Under the pieces are notes generated by a model. The model made no database searches. It was not told the DNA's origin and saw nothing but the letters and a program-made list of their open reading frames with translations. This document shows, in pieces, positions 1 through 13,095 of a DNA stretch of 64,000 bases; within the stretch, counting starts at the first letter, position 1; every line of letters starts with the position of its first letter. Position numbers and translations under genes: made by a program. Source of the stretch: Azolla caroliniana (lineage: Eukaryota; Plantae; Polypodiophyta). The stretch spans positions 7,378,001 to 7,442,000 of the forward strand of contig JBHGNT010000011.1 of NCBI GenBank assembly GCA_043228905.1, read 5' to 3'.

Positions 1-19
1 ATGAAATCATCAATAACAG

Positions 20-1317
20 GTCCTCCCAGCTCTGCGAGATGCATTTCTTCTGGCAGTACGGGGGAATCTGATGTTCTTTTATTTTGAGGGTAAATTGCCA
101 CATTTTTCCTTTTTGATATGGCGAAAGCTGTGTATGGTTATTGTAGCATCATGAAGATTGATGGAAAACCCTTTACCTTTTGTCTGCATAGTGTATTCAA
201 GGTAATTTGTTCACAAATTTCTCATGATTCAGGAATATACTATCAGCTATCAAAAAGGGCTGCGGGTGTGCGATACATTCACATGGGCAAAGTGTTCTAT
301 AAAAAGCCTAGGTAACAAACTTATGGGGTTTTCAGTACAAATAAATAGCCTTTTTCCTATCATGTCTCATAGTTGGCTAATATATGTATATAGCTATTAT
401 GTATCATTGAAAGCTTATGTGAGTGTTCTCATGATCAGTAGATAGAGGTAGTGTCTATATCAGGTCTTTTGACAAAATCAGCCTTTCCTAGGAAAAAGAT
501 ATGACTATAAGCGCTTTGTGTTGGAAATTTGTGAATGATGTTTGGTCCCTTGGAACTTCATACTAAACAGAAATATATCTCACTGTGTGAACAGGTACCA
601 TATGTTGGGCATGTTCTTATTGATTCAACTCAGCATTGTGGTGGGCGATTGGCTGAGACGAAGTGCCCTGCCAACTTTAACAAACTCCATGCGAATACAA
701 CTCATGGATCGATCTTTCTCACCCAGTATGAATGAATACATAAGATTTACTAATGTGTCAAGTTTGCTTTAAAGAAATTTTGAGAATATGCTTTATTTCG
801 AGGGAAATTAATCTGATATGCCATGTATATTATGATATGATGTAGGAAGAAAATCTATCTTAATCTTGGATGAAGAAGGGAATCAGATACGAGATTCACC
901 GACTAATGGATCAATCCTAGAGTGCACTAATTCTGTGGTATGTAGAATCAAAGCTAAATGAGATTTCCATCGCAATGACAGATGCAAACTGGAAATTTCA
1001 TAATCCAATAATGGATGTAATGGGTCTAAACAGGTTGCGATGGGATCTAGTAAGTGTTCACTTTGTTTAAGTCCGAGGAAAAATCCAACTGCAACTTCAT
1101 GCGGGCATGTCTTTTGCTGGTAAAAGCTCTCACGCCTACTATGCATCAACATTCTTCAATTCAGATAAAAATATGACTCCTTTTTTTAAACTGTTTAACG
1201 TTGATTTTTCTCAGGAATTGTATAATCGAGTGGTGTAATGAAAAGAAAGAGTGCCCTCTATGCCGTTCACCCATGTCACACTCTGATCTTTCCTGTATTT
1301 ATAATGCTGATATCTAA
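20..1317 (+). CDS. PEX10: Peroxisome biogenesis factor 10 (RING peroxin), 3' six exons; 5' part lies upstream of the window
   Basis: Exons 20-89, 233-311, 595-725, 846-937, 1034-1119 and 1215-1317 have GT-AG borders and splice in frame: [66 protein letters not shown]..[13 protein letters not shown]..[57 protein letters not shown]. This matches the plant PEX10 Pex2/12 domain end plus C3HC4 RING as I recall it. The ORF track misses it because of introns. Confidence 0.93.
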
Positions 1318-1892
1318 GAAGCCAGCCTTTTTTGTAAAAATACATAAATCCATCTTATGTCTTATAATTCGAAACTGTAGATATTTTGAAACCTTACATG
1401 AGGAGATTTGTTGCATATCATATCTTCAGCTATTTTGAGTATATAAATCCGTTTCATTTCATGTACTGAGATGATGGTATATAAATGGTTTCATAGATCC
1501 TGGCAAGTTTTGGAAATAATCATCAAATAGTCCAAAAGGGGTAGTAGTATTTGTACTAGGTTTTTTGATATATGCGAATCATCCAACTTAAGCTTTTTAT
1601 GTATTGAAAGAAGCTTGAGGTTTGATATATTATTGAAGGTCAATTCAAACACATCTTATTATGCATCTCTGCTCAGTTTCTGTGTACTTAAAAGGTATGC
1701 CGAAAGTCCCTTGGGGTCTTGAATGAATCATGTTTCAAGAAGCAACTCATAGGGTATTATGCTTGTGTACGAATTATTACCATTGTATTTTAGAGTCTGG
1801 AGTTAGGGCACCCAAATGTCTCCATTAATAACAATATTTTATATAATCTAACATATGGTAAGCATCTGTGGGGGCCTCCAATTCTACACAAC

Positions 1893-3626
1893 TAAGGGTT
1901 GGCAACGGCTTGGCTCAAGCCTAAATCGTTTAGCTAAACCAGTTTAAAATGGCTTAGCGGCTCAGCTCAGCTTAGGCTTGAGCCTACTTAAAAGGTTTGA
2001 GTTTGGCTCAGTTCGGCTTGAGCCTTTCCAAACCAGCTAAGCCATTTATGTGCTTTAATAATGAGGATTTAGAAAGTTTTTTTTATTTTAAAAAAGATCT
2101 CCTGTCATTTGTGTAACCATTTTTACAAGATTTCAAACTCTGTGATGGGAAACAACCATTTTGGAGGCTGAAAATGCCAATAAGGAGTACCATAATTGGA
2201 TGTCATGAATGGGGTAACTGTCCAGACGGTGATAAACTCATGCCCTTGAGCAATTTTAGCATCAAAATCTCCAACTATACTATCCCATTGTCCCTTTAAA
2301 ATATGAACTATGTGTAATCAAATACTTTAAACCAATTCAGTTGGTGATGTTTTAAGCTGATGGAAAATGAAAGAGCACCGAACCTTCCAAATGTGATATA
2401 CAATGGTACTACTCAGTATCTCCCATACTGGTTGGACTTCCTTCCGTATTCATGAAAATTGTAATGGCAACACTGGTAATGTATGAACACTTCCAGATTT
2501 AGTGTAAAATCCATGGTCCATAGATTCGATGTCATAATGGAATGCATCATGGACAAGTGATGTCCAAATCACCATGCCCCAAGTAAAAACCAATGAGGGA
2601 AAAAATTAGCAAAATTCAACGGGGACATTGCCATATCGGTTGAGACTCAATGCATTCCCATAAACAATGTCTTTGAATTTCCGTTTGTAAATGGCATCAA
2701 GCACAACCAAAAGCTACTCCTATCCTATGCAACCATGTGCCAACCAGCAAGGCTCGGTGTACAAGTAACCATTGTACATGCAATATTTGGTGTGAATGTT
2801 TTCTTGCCTAACAACCAAGAGTACTTCCAATCTTGAAGAAAACCCCAACCCATCTGTGGTTAGAGTTATTGGGTGGTATGGGGAGTCTACTCATAACTTC
2901 TTGAATTTGTTGATAGATTATTTGGCTACCATGCATATTGCCTAGGATTTCTTTTTGCTGTTCCCATGAATGCGATAAAAATCCTTGCTAGGTCTGAACT
3001 GTTTTTGCAAGACCTAGGGTTTAGAAAGTTAGAAATTAGATGGTTAGAAGTTAGAACTTGAGAGAGAGATTGACAGGAAGCCATAGGCAACAATTGTTGA
3101 GTGACGAGAGTGAGGGAGGGAGAGAGAGGGAGAGGGAGCTTGCATAGTGGACAATCACGAGGACCTCCTTGCTATTATATACATTCTTTCTGTACATATA
3201 GGTGAAATTTTAGTTCCAATTCTCTCTGACTTGTCAAATTTGGAGAAGGATTGGATCATCGAGAGTGAGATGTCGCCATAGCCTCGAGGCTCATGGTTCA
3301 GGTGGTGGGAGGCGGGGGATTTGTGGATGTCGGCCGACCAATCATAGTAGTCTCCACAGAGGGAGTTGTGGAGGTGGGACTTGGAGTTGAATTCAGACTC
3401 ATCGGTAGTAAGGCCGAGGGGGTGGGAGTTATGAGGAGGAGAAGAAGAGGAAGTGGTACGTGTGTTTTTTGGGTTTCTTCACACCCGTGAAACTTTTTTG
3501 TCCCAAACTGGTTTAGGGATTGGTTTGGTTTAGGTTTACGAACCCCAAAAATAGTTTAGGGTTAACCGGTTTGGCTTGGATAAGGCCAAACCGGTTAAGC
3601 CTAAACTGAACTATTGTTGATTCCTA
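1893..3626. mobile_element. Non-autonomous hAT-like DNA transposon
   Basis: Perfect 8-bp TSD TACACAAC (1885-1892, 3627-3634). Degenerate TIRs TAAGGGTTGGCAACGG / (rc) TAGGAATCAACAATAG differ mostly by transitions. Dense subterminal GGCT(C/T)(A/G) and AACC/GGTT motifs at both ends; no transposase seen. Confidence 0.65.
2079..3015 (-). mobile_element. 5'-truncated L1-type LINE fragment (zf-RVT C-terminus) inside the hAT element
   Basis: Minus strand reads QWLLVHRAL..GCA*CHLQTEIQRHCLWECIESQPIW..WEILSSTIVYHIWKVRCSFIF. A-rich 3' end (T-run at 2077-2089). ~15-bp TSD AGG(A/G)TTTAGAAAGTT at 2064-2078 and 3016-3030. Confidence 0.65.
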
Positions 3627-3706
3627 TACACAACACCATAAAACATTGCATGGAAGACTTTGGTTTACTTAGTGAATATTGTTGGGTATTTAACGTGACT
3701 CAAAAA

Positions 3707-4117
3707 TTTGAATGCAAGCCCAAAAGTTGTTATAGAGTGAATTAGAGAGTCCTAAAATTTTGAATGAATGTACTAGTTTATTCCGACTTGGCTTCATTGA
3801 ATTATTCACACCACTTTTTTGTTTCTAGACAGAGTGACAATCAAGATTTTGAATGCAAGCCCAAAAGTTTTTAGAGTGAATTAGAGACTCCTAAAATTTC
3901 TAATGGATATACTATTTTATTCCAACTTGGCTTCATTTAATTATTCACACCAATTTTTTGTTTCTAGAAAGACTGTGACAATCAAGATTTTGAATGCAAG
4001 CCCAAAAGTTTTTAGAGTGAATTAGAGACTCCTAAAATTTCTAATGGATGTACTATTTTATTCCAACTTGGTTTTATTGAATTATTCACACCAATTTTTT
4101 TGTTTCTAGAAAGATTG
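3707..4117. repeat. Tandem repeat, ~141-bp unit x ~3
   Basis: Units start TTTGAATGCAAGCCCAAAAGTT at 3707, 3848 and 3989. Confidence 0.9.
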
Positions 4118-4675
4118 TTACTCCCATTTAAAGCATTTTATCCAACAACACATGTTAAGATGTTTTGATTTTGATATCCATGGTATTCATGGAAAAAGAA
4201 TCAACCACCATTGACAATAGAATCATTCCGGTCACTGTCTTAGAAAATACCACAATGAAAATTGTTTTGTCACTTGAAAACTTGAAGGTTCTTTGTTTTG
4301 TTAGATGCGGAGGCCATTCTCTTAACAACTAAGACATCCACATTGTCAAGCATATAATTGAAGGCATCCAAATCACACAAATTATATTGGGTTCAAGTTT
4401 TTGCCTAAATAATTCAGTGCCATCTCACATTTTGTGAAGCCCTTATAGCAAGCATGTCATGAGCTGGAGTAGGTCATAACTTCCACGTTTCTTTAATATG
4501 TTGACCTCCACTTCACAATTGGTAAAGCATCTCAAACTCTAAGTTGAATAAATGTCTAGAGATTTAATTGTTTAATGTGATTTGAGGTTAGTGCAAGTGC
4601 GTGCACAAATGCCCATCATGGTTTCACCACAATGTCACATTAGTTAGTGGTTTAGTATAAATAGTTTAGTATTAT

Positions 4676-5048
4676 TGTGCGGAAGCTATACGTACAACAG
4701 AATAACGAACAAAAGGTTTAATGGAAAGCTTAGAACGAAAGAAAACACAGAGTAAGCAGGAGAGACAGAGAGAGCGAAAACACAAAAACTTAATTCAAAC
4801 AATACAATAGGCTCTGTACATATAGGATTTGCTCAGAGAACACTTTTATACAAGTCCATACGGATAGACAAAAGTACTGGCTCATACTTCAATGCTCATT
4901 AATGAGCCCCTACACTAACTCCCAAAATATATTCCTCCGTGGAATATCTATCCAACGGCCTCATGGTTTTTGCACCGATACAGCCTTTAGTTACGCACCC
5001 AATCTACGCACTAGTTTATGCACCCAATGTTGAGCTTGTATCTCAACA
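4676..5048 (-). repeat. 3' LTR of copia A
   Basis: Starts TGTTGAG on the minus strand directly after PPT CTTGAGGGGGAG; shares blocks with the LTRs of C and F. Confidence 0.75.
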
Positions 5049-5760
5049 CTCCCCCTCAAGCTCCACTTGAGGTTCCGCCTGCACTTCCGGTTCTTCGCTC
5101 CGGCTTCTCCTGGCTTCACGCCTCAGTCGCGCTCTTCGACCCGTTTGATTCCGCGCACCTCGACCCTTTCGATCGGCTTGTTTGCTCATGCGGCCTTTCC
5201 CAGCTCCCTTGTTGTCGTGGTGTTGGCACCACTCTCGTTGCCCTTTCTTCCGCTTGGCCTTTCCTTGAATTGAACATTTGAATCGAATCGCTTGTCTTCG
5301 ATTCGTTTCCGCTTTTGTTTGAATTGGTTGTCTCCAATTCGTTTCTGGTCTTCAGGCCCTTGACCACATCTGACCATGTCTTGGTCTTGGCCTTCTTGGC
5401 CTTCTTGGCCTTCTTGGCTTCATCTCCCCCTCGTTCGGCTGACTTCGGCTCTTCCCTTCGGTTGCTACCCCTGTTTCCGCCTTCGGCTTCTTTAGCCGAC
5501 CCGAAATCGAATTCTTCATCCGACTTGGCTTCGCGGTCACTTCCGCTCCTTTCCTGTTCCCTTTCCTGGTCTTTTCTCCCCCTCAAGTTCGGCATATCAA
5601 GGTGCCGCAAACCAAGCGCACCAGAGAATTGCCGCAATTGGCCGAGACCAAGGGGCTTGGTGAAGATGTCGGCAGTTTGCCGATCTGTCGGAACATATAC
5701 TAGATCGACTTCACTGAAGAGGACGTGCTCGTGAACAAAATGGTAGTGCACCTCAATGTG

Positions 5761-8700
5761 TGCGAAAGTTAGCGTGCGGAAGCGTTAGACAAACCGGCTT
5801 AGTCGGATAGCAACAGAAAATGAGAAAAGGTTTAATGGAGAACTTAACACAGAGAATATGCGTGGGAGAGACACAGAGAGAGCGAGCAGAACATAAACTT
5901 AATTCAAAATAATGACAATACTTTATGTGTACATAGAATGTGCTCAGAGAGCACTTTTATACAAGTCCAGAAAGGACTGACAGGTACTTCAATATTCCTA
6001 CGTGTGACTGACACTAACTACAAGACCATGATTACCTAGTAGTCTAGGCTACTACTAGGCTTCCGGTTCGCACTCAAATCCGGCTCCTTGATCCGACTCT
6101 TGTTTCCAGATACCGATCTGGCTCATCCTTTCGGATATCATTCGGATACCGATCCGGCTCTGGCTTATTCAGCCGATCCGGATCCGGTTGAGCTTGCTCG
6201 CTCAACACTCCCCCTCAAGCTCAACTTGAGGTCGGATCGTGGTGTTAGTGTCTGCAGTAGCCGGTCCTTTCCTCTAGCTCCTTTTGATGTCCTCCCGCCT
6301 TGCTCGCGCTCCTCATCCAGTCTGGTTCCGCTTCCCGCGACCCGTCTGGTACTGCGCACCTCGACCTCCTTGGTCGGCTTGTCTACTCAACAGGCCCATT
6401 TCAGCTCCTTCGCTGTTATGACTCCGACGCTTGTCGATCCATTGGTTCCTCTGTGTCGGTGTCAACTTCCATTGCCTTCTCATCTTGTTGGCCTTTAGTT
6501 GATCTCGAACCGAATCTTGAACCGAATCGGTTTCCTCCAATTCGTTCTGGCTCTTGTTCGAGTCGGTGTTCTCTAACTCGTCTCCCGGTTTCAAGCCCTT
6601 CACCACATCAGACCATGTCCGGGTCTTGGCCTTCTATTTCCGGTCGGCTCTGTCCTTGACTCTGCCACCGTTACCGCTCGTTCCGACTTGTTCGGATGTG
6701 CCGACTCCCTTTGTTGACTCGGCCCCCTTTTTCCTCTGGTCTCCCCCTTTGTTGGTTCTTTCTTCCTCTCCGGCTCCTTGTTCGGTGCCATCCATTCCCT
6801 TTCCTGTTCTCCCCCTCAAGTGCGGCATATTGAGATGCTGAATGCCGAGCATCTCTGAAAAGTGCTGCAACTTGTCCAACCTGAGTGGTTTGGTGAAAAT
6901 GTCGGCAACTTGCCGATACGTGTGAACATATTGAAGTTCAACTTCACCGCTCAAAACCCGCTTACGAACAAAGTGATAATGCACTTCTATGTGCTTTGTC
7001 CGAGCATGGAATACAAGGTTCTTGGCGAGCTGTATGCTGCTCATGTTGTCAAGTGGATCGGGATCGGGGTCGGCACCTCGATCCGGAGGTCATGTAGCAG
7101 TCGCTGAAGCCAGATGGCTTCACAGGTGGCAATGGTAGCGCATCGGTACTCAGCCTCAATGCCCGACAGAGCCATTGTTGGCTGCTTTTTGTTGCTCCAC
7201 GCAACAGTTGCGCTACTAAGAGAAAACATGTAACCCGAGGTGGATCGGTGATCTGATGCATCACCAACTCAGTCGGCATCGGTATATCCGACTAGCTTCC
7301 CAGCTATACCATGTCGGTATAACAGTCCCCGATCCTTCGTGCCGCTAACATACTGGAGTATCCGGTGTGTGCACTGAAGGTGCTCGATGGTAAGCTTTTG
7401 CATGAACTGGTTGATCACTCCAACCGGGTAACTGATGTTGGGTCGAGTGATTGTCAGGTATATGAGGCTTCCGACAATTTGTCGGAACTGTTTCTCATCG
7501 CAGGTTGGTTTGGAGTCGGGACGTAGCTTCAGGTTTCGGTCTAAGGGTGTAGAGATCGGTCAGCATTCCGTCATGCTGAACCTGTACAACATATTCAACA
7601 CATAATGGCGTTGTGAGAGCAATATGCCATCGGGGGTTCGGATCACCTCGATCCCAAGAAAATAATGAAGGTTCCCTAGGTCCTTCATTTCAAATGCGTC
7701 TGACACCTGGGACTTCACTCGGCCGATTTCAACAAGTCCGGGTTCGGTGATGACTAAATCATCTACATAAAGAAAAATGTAAACCGGACCGTTCGGACCG
7801 TTCCGGATGAACAATGAAGAGTCAGACTTAGAGGCCACAAACCCCATCTTACGCAACCAGTGCGTGATCTTCGCAATCCATGCTCGGGGGGCTTGTTTAA
7901 GACCGTAAAGCGACTTCTTGAGTCGGCACACTACTGACTTGTTCATCTCCGATTGGAAATTGGGGGGTTGGATTATATAGACCCGTTCTTCAAGATCACC
8001 TTGAAGAAATGCATTCTTCACGTTCTTTTGGTGAAGATGCCATCCCCTTGCCGCAGCAACCGCGATTACCACGCGAACAGTCGTCATCTTCGCTACTGGA
8101 GCGAAGGTCTCGTCGTAATCGATTCCGTGGGTTTGTGCATATTCCTTCGCCACTAACCGGGCTTTGTACCGATTGACCGAACCGTAGGCGTTGTACTTTA
8201 CCTTGTACACCCACTTGCAACCGATCGGTTTGCACTATCGGGGTGGGTCAACCAAGTCCCATGTGTCGTTGGCATCTAGTGCCCACATTTCTTCCTCCAT
8301 AGCAACACGCCAATTTGCATCTTTTGCTACTTCTGCGTAGCTCTCCAGCTCACGCACCTCCGCCACCTTAGTCATGTACGCATAGTGATGCGCCATATAC
8401 TCATTGTATCCAGACCTCTAGACGGGGTTCTTCTGGCGGATTGAGTGGCGTAACTTTCCGTTAGCTGCTTTGAGGCCCTTCTTGGCCGGTTCAAACTTCC
8501 TTTCTAAAGATCAGCCTTCTTCCTTTCCGGGGTCAGGTTTGCTCCGATCCGGCCCTTCACTACTGGTATCGTATTCCAACATCTTCTTCTTCCCCTTCTC
8601 TTTGCGCGTGAACCGTCTCCTCGGTTCCTTGCGCGGGAAGAGCACGACAGAGTCTCTACTACTCGTCGGTTCTTCATCCTGACTTAACCACTCATTCGGT

Positions 8701-11627
8701 CCACCTAGCGGAATGAGATCAAACTCTCTTCTAGAGTGCCAAATTCTTCATCTTCTTCCTGGACCTCCTCGGGCTCACTTGCCTCATCTTTCGGAATCGG
8801 GTCTTTGTTGGGAGTTGGAGTCGGTAGGGTGTACCATGATGCTGACTCATCAAACTCGACATCTCGACTTACTCGTACCTGTTTAGTTTGGGGGTTATAA
8901 CACTTATACCCCTTCTACTCATGCGAGTAATAGACTAGGATGCATTTCTCCGAATTTGGATCTAGGTTCTTCTGCTTCTCATCCGGTACATGCACATATG
9001 CTATGCTGCCGAATATCCGAAGGTGTCTCAAATTCGGTTTCCGCCGGAAATACAACTCATGTGCTGACACCTTGTCTCTAATCCGGTTTTGGATGTAGAC
9101 GGCCGTCCGGACCGCCTCAACCTAGTAGAATTGGGGCATGCTTTTCTCCTCCAGCATTGCCCTTGCCGTGTCGACAATCGACCGATTCTTCCTTTTTACT
9201 CCGGTGTGTATCTGCAATTGAATTCTCTCCGAATTCCTTTCTGCTGCAGATAACTATTGAATTGGCTGGAAAAGTATTCTTTTCCGCCATCCGACCGCAG
9301 GCACTTGATCTTCCTCTTCGTTTCCTGTTCAACTAAGATTTGAAGGTCTCAGAAACATTCGAAGACTTCGCTCTTCCTCTAAATGAGGTAGATCCATGTG
9401 TGCCGGTTGTAGTCGTCGATGAAGGAGATGAAATACCGACTCCCGCCAAGATTAACGTTCAATGCCAGTCCCCATACATCCGAATGGATTAGGTCAAGCT
9501 TGTTATGGCTCCAGTTTTGTTCAGTGGGGAATGGAAGCCGATGTTGTTCCTGAGTTGGCAAGCTTCACATATTTGGGCCTTTCGGGCACTGAATTTCGGC
9601 AATCCAAACCCAACTTATTTCGATTGCAGGTCTTGAAGCCTTTGGTAGTTGATGTGGCCGATCCGCTTATGCCAGAGATCGATGTCCAATTCAATCTTCT
9701 GTCCTTTGGCAAACATGACGGTGCCAATGTCATTAGTGTTGAGGATGAACATCCTCCCTTCTTTGCGCCCTTGCGCAATTATCTGACCTTCTTCCTCGAT
9801 GAAGCACCCGAGGTGCATAAACCGCACCTGCATTCCCTGGTCGACGATTTGTCTGACTGATACCAGGTTCTTTGTGATAGTCGTAACGTGTAGTACGTTC
9901 ATCAACTTCCCCTTTAGTCCGACATGGCTTAAAGGGACTTCTTCGACATGCACAATCGGGTGAGGGGTGTTGTCTCCGGTTTCGACAATCCCTGGTTATT
10001 TCGGTTTTTCCAAAAAGGAGAACCACTCTTCATGGCTCGTCATGTGGTTGGACGCTCCGGAATCAATGTACCATACTTCCTCTGATTTGGAAGTAGTCTT
10101 CTTCATTGAGTTAGCCTTGTGCTTCATCACGAAGGCTGGCCCCTTTACCGGTCTTCCCGGTTCTGGATCCTTCCGATCCTTCTGGGTAGTTCAAACTTTA
10201 CTAGTTTTCCCGACCGGCTTTGCCAGATCCGGATTTGCCCGAATCGGCATGCTTCTTCCAACACACACTTTCCCTGTGGCTCTTTTTGCCACAGTACCAA
10301 CATTCCATGTGAGCTTTTCCTTGCCGGCTTCCGGCGCTGCTTTGACTCCCCTTGCTTGTGGAGGGTCCGGAATTGCTGTTGGCACTACCTTTGTGACTTC
10401 GGTCCTGCTCTTGCCGACTGCCTCCATTGCGTGCCGACCCACCTCGTCCACCACATCCATGGGGTCCGATTGATTGGTCCTGGACCCCCTCGTGTGGTTT
10501 TCTTCGATCATCATCATTGATTGCAAGTCGAAGAAGGACGGGGGTTTCTCCCGGGTACAGATCGTTGTCCGGATTGGCCCGTACCTTTGCACTAGAACAC
10601 CGAGGCAGATTTGTACCATCTCTTCTTCGTCCACCGTCACGTTGATGGACCAGAGTGCATCACAAATCTCCTTTATTTTGGTGGTCTAATCCGTAACCGA
10701 CATGTCTCTTTGCCGAATGTTGTTTAGCTCTTGCCGGAGTTGCAACTTACGGGCTATGGTACTCGCGGCGAAAATCTTCCGTTGATTTTCCCAGGCCTCC
10801 TTCGGCATCTTTGCATCCTTTATGTAGCCGAGCATCTGATCGTGCACACAGGACACGAGGTAGTACAATACTCGCCTTGCTCCTTGCTCCCATACTGGAA
10901 GGTCATTGTGTGTTGGCTCCAGTGCTACCTCGTTAGTTCCTTCCACGTAGCTCCAATAACCATGCCCCAACAAGTACTGGTACATTTTATATCACCAGGA
11001 CGCATAGTGGCTCCGGTCGAGCTTCTCTGTTGGAAGTGAACTCGCCATACGTCTGTCCATACCTTTCTTTGTCTGTTGTTACTAGTTATTAGGGTTTGTC
11101 TTCGAAAGCGTCTGTCAGCTACAGAGATTCTCAACCCTCTCGCTCTGATACCATGTGAAAGTTAGCGTGCGGAAGCGTTAGACAAACCGGCTCAACCGGA
11201 TAGCAACAGAAAATGAGAAAAGGTTTAATGGAGAACTTAACACAGAGAATACGCGTGGGAGAGAGAGAGAGAGAGAGAGAGTAGAACATAAACTTAATTC
11301 AAAATAATGACAATACTCTATGTGTACATAGAATGTGCTCTGAGAGCACTTTTATAAAAGTCTAGAAAGGAATGACAAAAGTACTGACAGGTACTTCAAT
11401 ATTCCTACGTGCGATTGACACTAACTACGAGACCAAGATTACCTAGTAGTCTAGGCTACTACTAGGCTTCCAGTTCGCACTCAAATCCGGCTCTCTGATC
11501 CGTCTCCCCGATTTGGCTCTTGTTTCCAGATATTGATCCGACTCATCCTTCCGGTTATCACCCGGATATCGATCCGGCTCTGGCTTATTCAGCCGATCTG
11601 GATCCGATTGAGCTTGCTTGCGCAACA
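5761..11627 (-). mobile_element. Full-length degenerate Ty1/copia element B inserted in the RNase H of A
   Basis: LTRs 5761-6207 and 11154-11627; TSD ATGTG (5756-5760, 11628-11632); tRNA-iMet PBS TGGTATCAGAGC 11142-11153; PPT 6208-6219. Confidence 0.93.
6313..11048 (-). pseudogene. gag-pol of copia B with C-terminal extension (stops and frameshifts)
   Basis: Starts MASSLPTEKLD at 11048. Contains protease WYIDSGASNHM, integrase LDLIHSDVWG, RT YGLKQAPRAW and LYVDDL, RNase H HARTKHIEVHYHFVR. Confidence 0.88.
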
Positions 11628-13095
11628 ATGTGCTTGGTCCGGGCGTGGAAGACGGGGTCCTTCGCAAGTTGGATGTTGTTGAGGTTGTCGCAGTAGATCT
11701 TCATAAGGTTGGACACCTCCACCTGTAGATCCTTGAGTGGCCTCTTGTCAAGAGAAATGGCTTTGCATGTCGCGACAACGACTCCTCGATACTCAGCCTC
11801 TGTGGTCGACAATGCAACTATCGGGTGCGTCTTGCTGCTCCAGGCGATCACAACGTTCCCAAGCGAGAAAGCAAACCTAGATGTGGATCTACGATCTCCG
11901 GTGTTTCCAGGCCAATCGGCATCTGAGTAGCCGACGAGATGTTCGGCAATACTGATCCGATATAGCAGTGCCCTATTCTTAGTGCCGCGAACATAACGCA
12001 ATATTAGTTGCGCGCACTGAAGGTGTTCGGCCATGGGTTGCGACATAAATCGACTGATCAGGCCGACCGGGTAACTGAGATCCGGCCGAGTGATCATCAA
12101 ATAAATTAGGCTTTTGACAATCTGTTGGAACCATGTATGGTTGCACACCTTTCCCGAGTCTCGGCAAAGCAGCCTTGACGTTTCGGTCGAGAGGAGTTGA
12201 GATGGAATTATAGTCTACCATCCCGAATTTGAAGAGCATACTCAACACGTAATGTCGTTGGCTGATCAGTATGCCTTCAGGGGTGTGGATCACTTCGATC
12301 CCTAGGAAGTAATGAAGGTCCCCTAGGTCCTTCATGTCGAATGATGCCGCAAGTTGGGACTTTACGCGACCGATTTCATCTAGGTCGGCGCCGACGATGA
12401 TTATATCATCAACATAAAGTAAAATACTAACCGGTTCATGTCGACCTTGCCGGACGAACAATAAAGAGTATGATTTGGATGTCACAAACCCCATCAGACA
12501 TAGGCGCTGTGTGATCTTCGCGTTCAATGCATGCAAGGCTTGGTTTAATCTGTAGAGGGATTTCTTCAGTCGGCATATCGTCGAGGTGTTCTTTTCGGAC
12601 TAAAATCTGGGGGGTTGTACCATCTACACTTGTTCCTCAAGTTCTCCTTGCAGGAACATGTAAAGAATAGCATGCGGAAGCAATAGGAAATCGAACACAG
12701 AAAATACGCAGGTTTAATGGAGAGCTTGTAAATGCACAGTACGCAGGAGAGACAGAGAGATAGAGAACACAAAAACCACTCGATTCAAAACAATACTCAA
12801 TCTGTACATACATCGTGCTCAGTGAGCACCTTTTATACAAGCCCTGACAATAGGGCTGACACAAGTACTGATAGTACGTGACAACTCATAAATGAGCCTA
12901 CTACGCTAACTCCCAAATTTATTCCTTACGAGCAATATCTTCCTAACGGCCTTCCGATTTATGCACCGGTCCGGCCTAACCGATCCGGTTCTTGTCTTGC
13001 ACAGCCAATCCAGCCATGTTGTGCGTACCGATTTACGTACCCTATCTATGCACTGGGTTACGCATCGTATTACGCACGAACGTTCAACTCGTCTC

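Noticed and set aside
4120-4670. Possible decayed transposase remnant
   Set aside because: No convincing motif in any frame.
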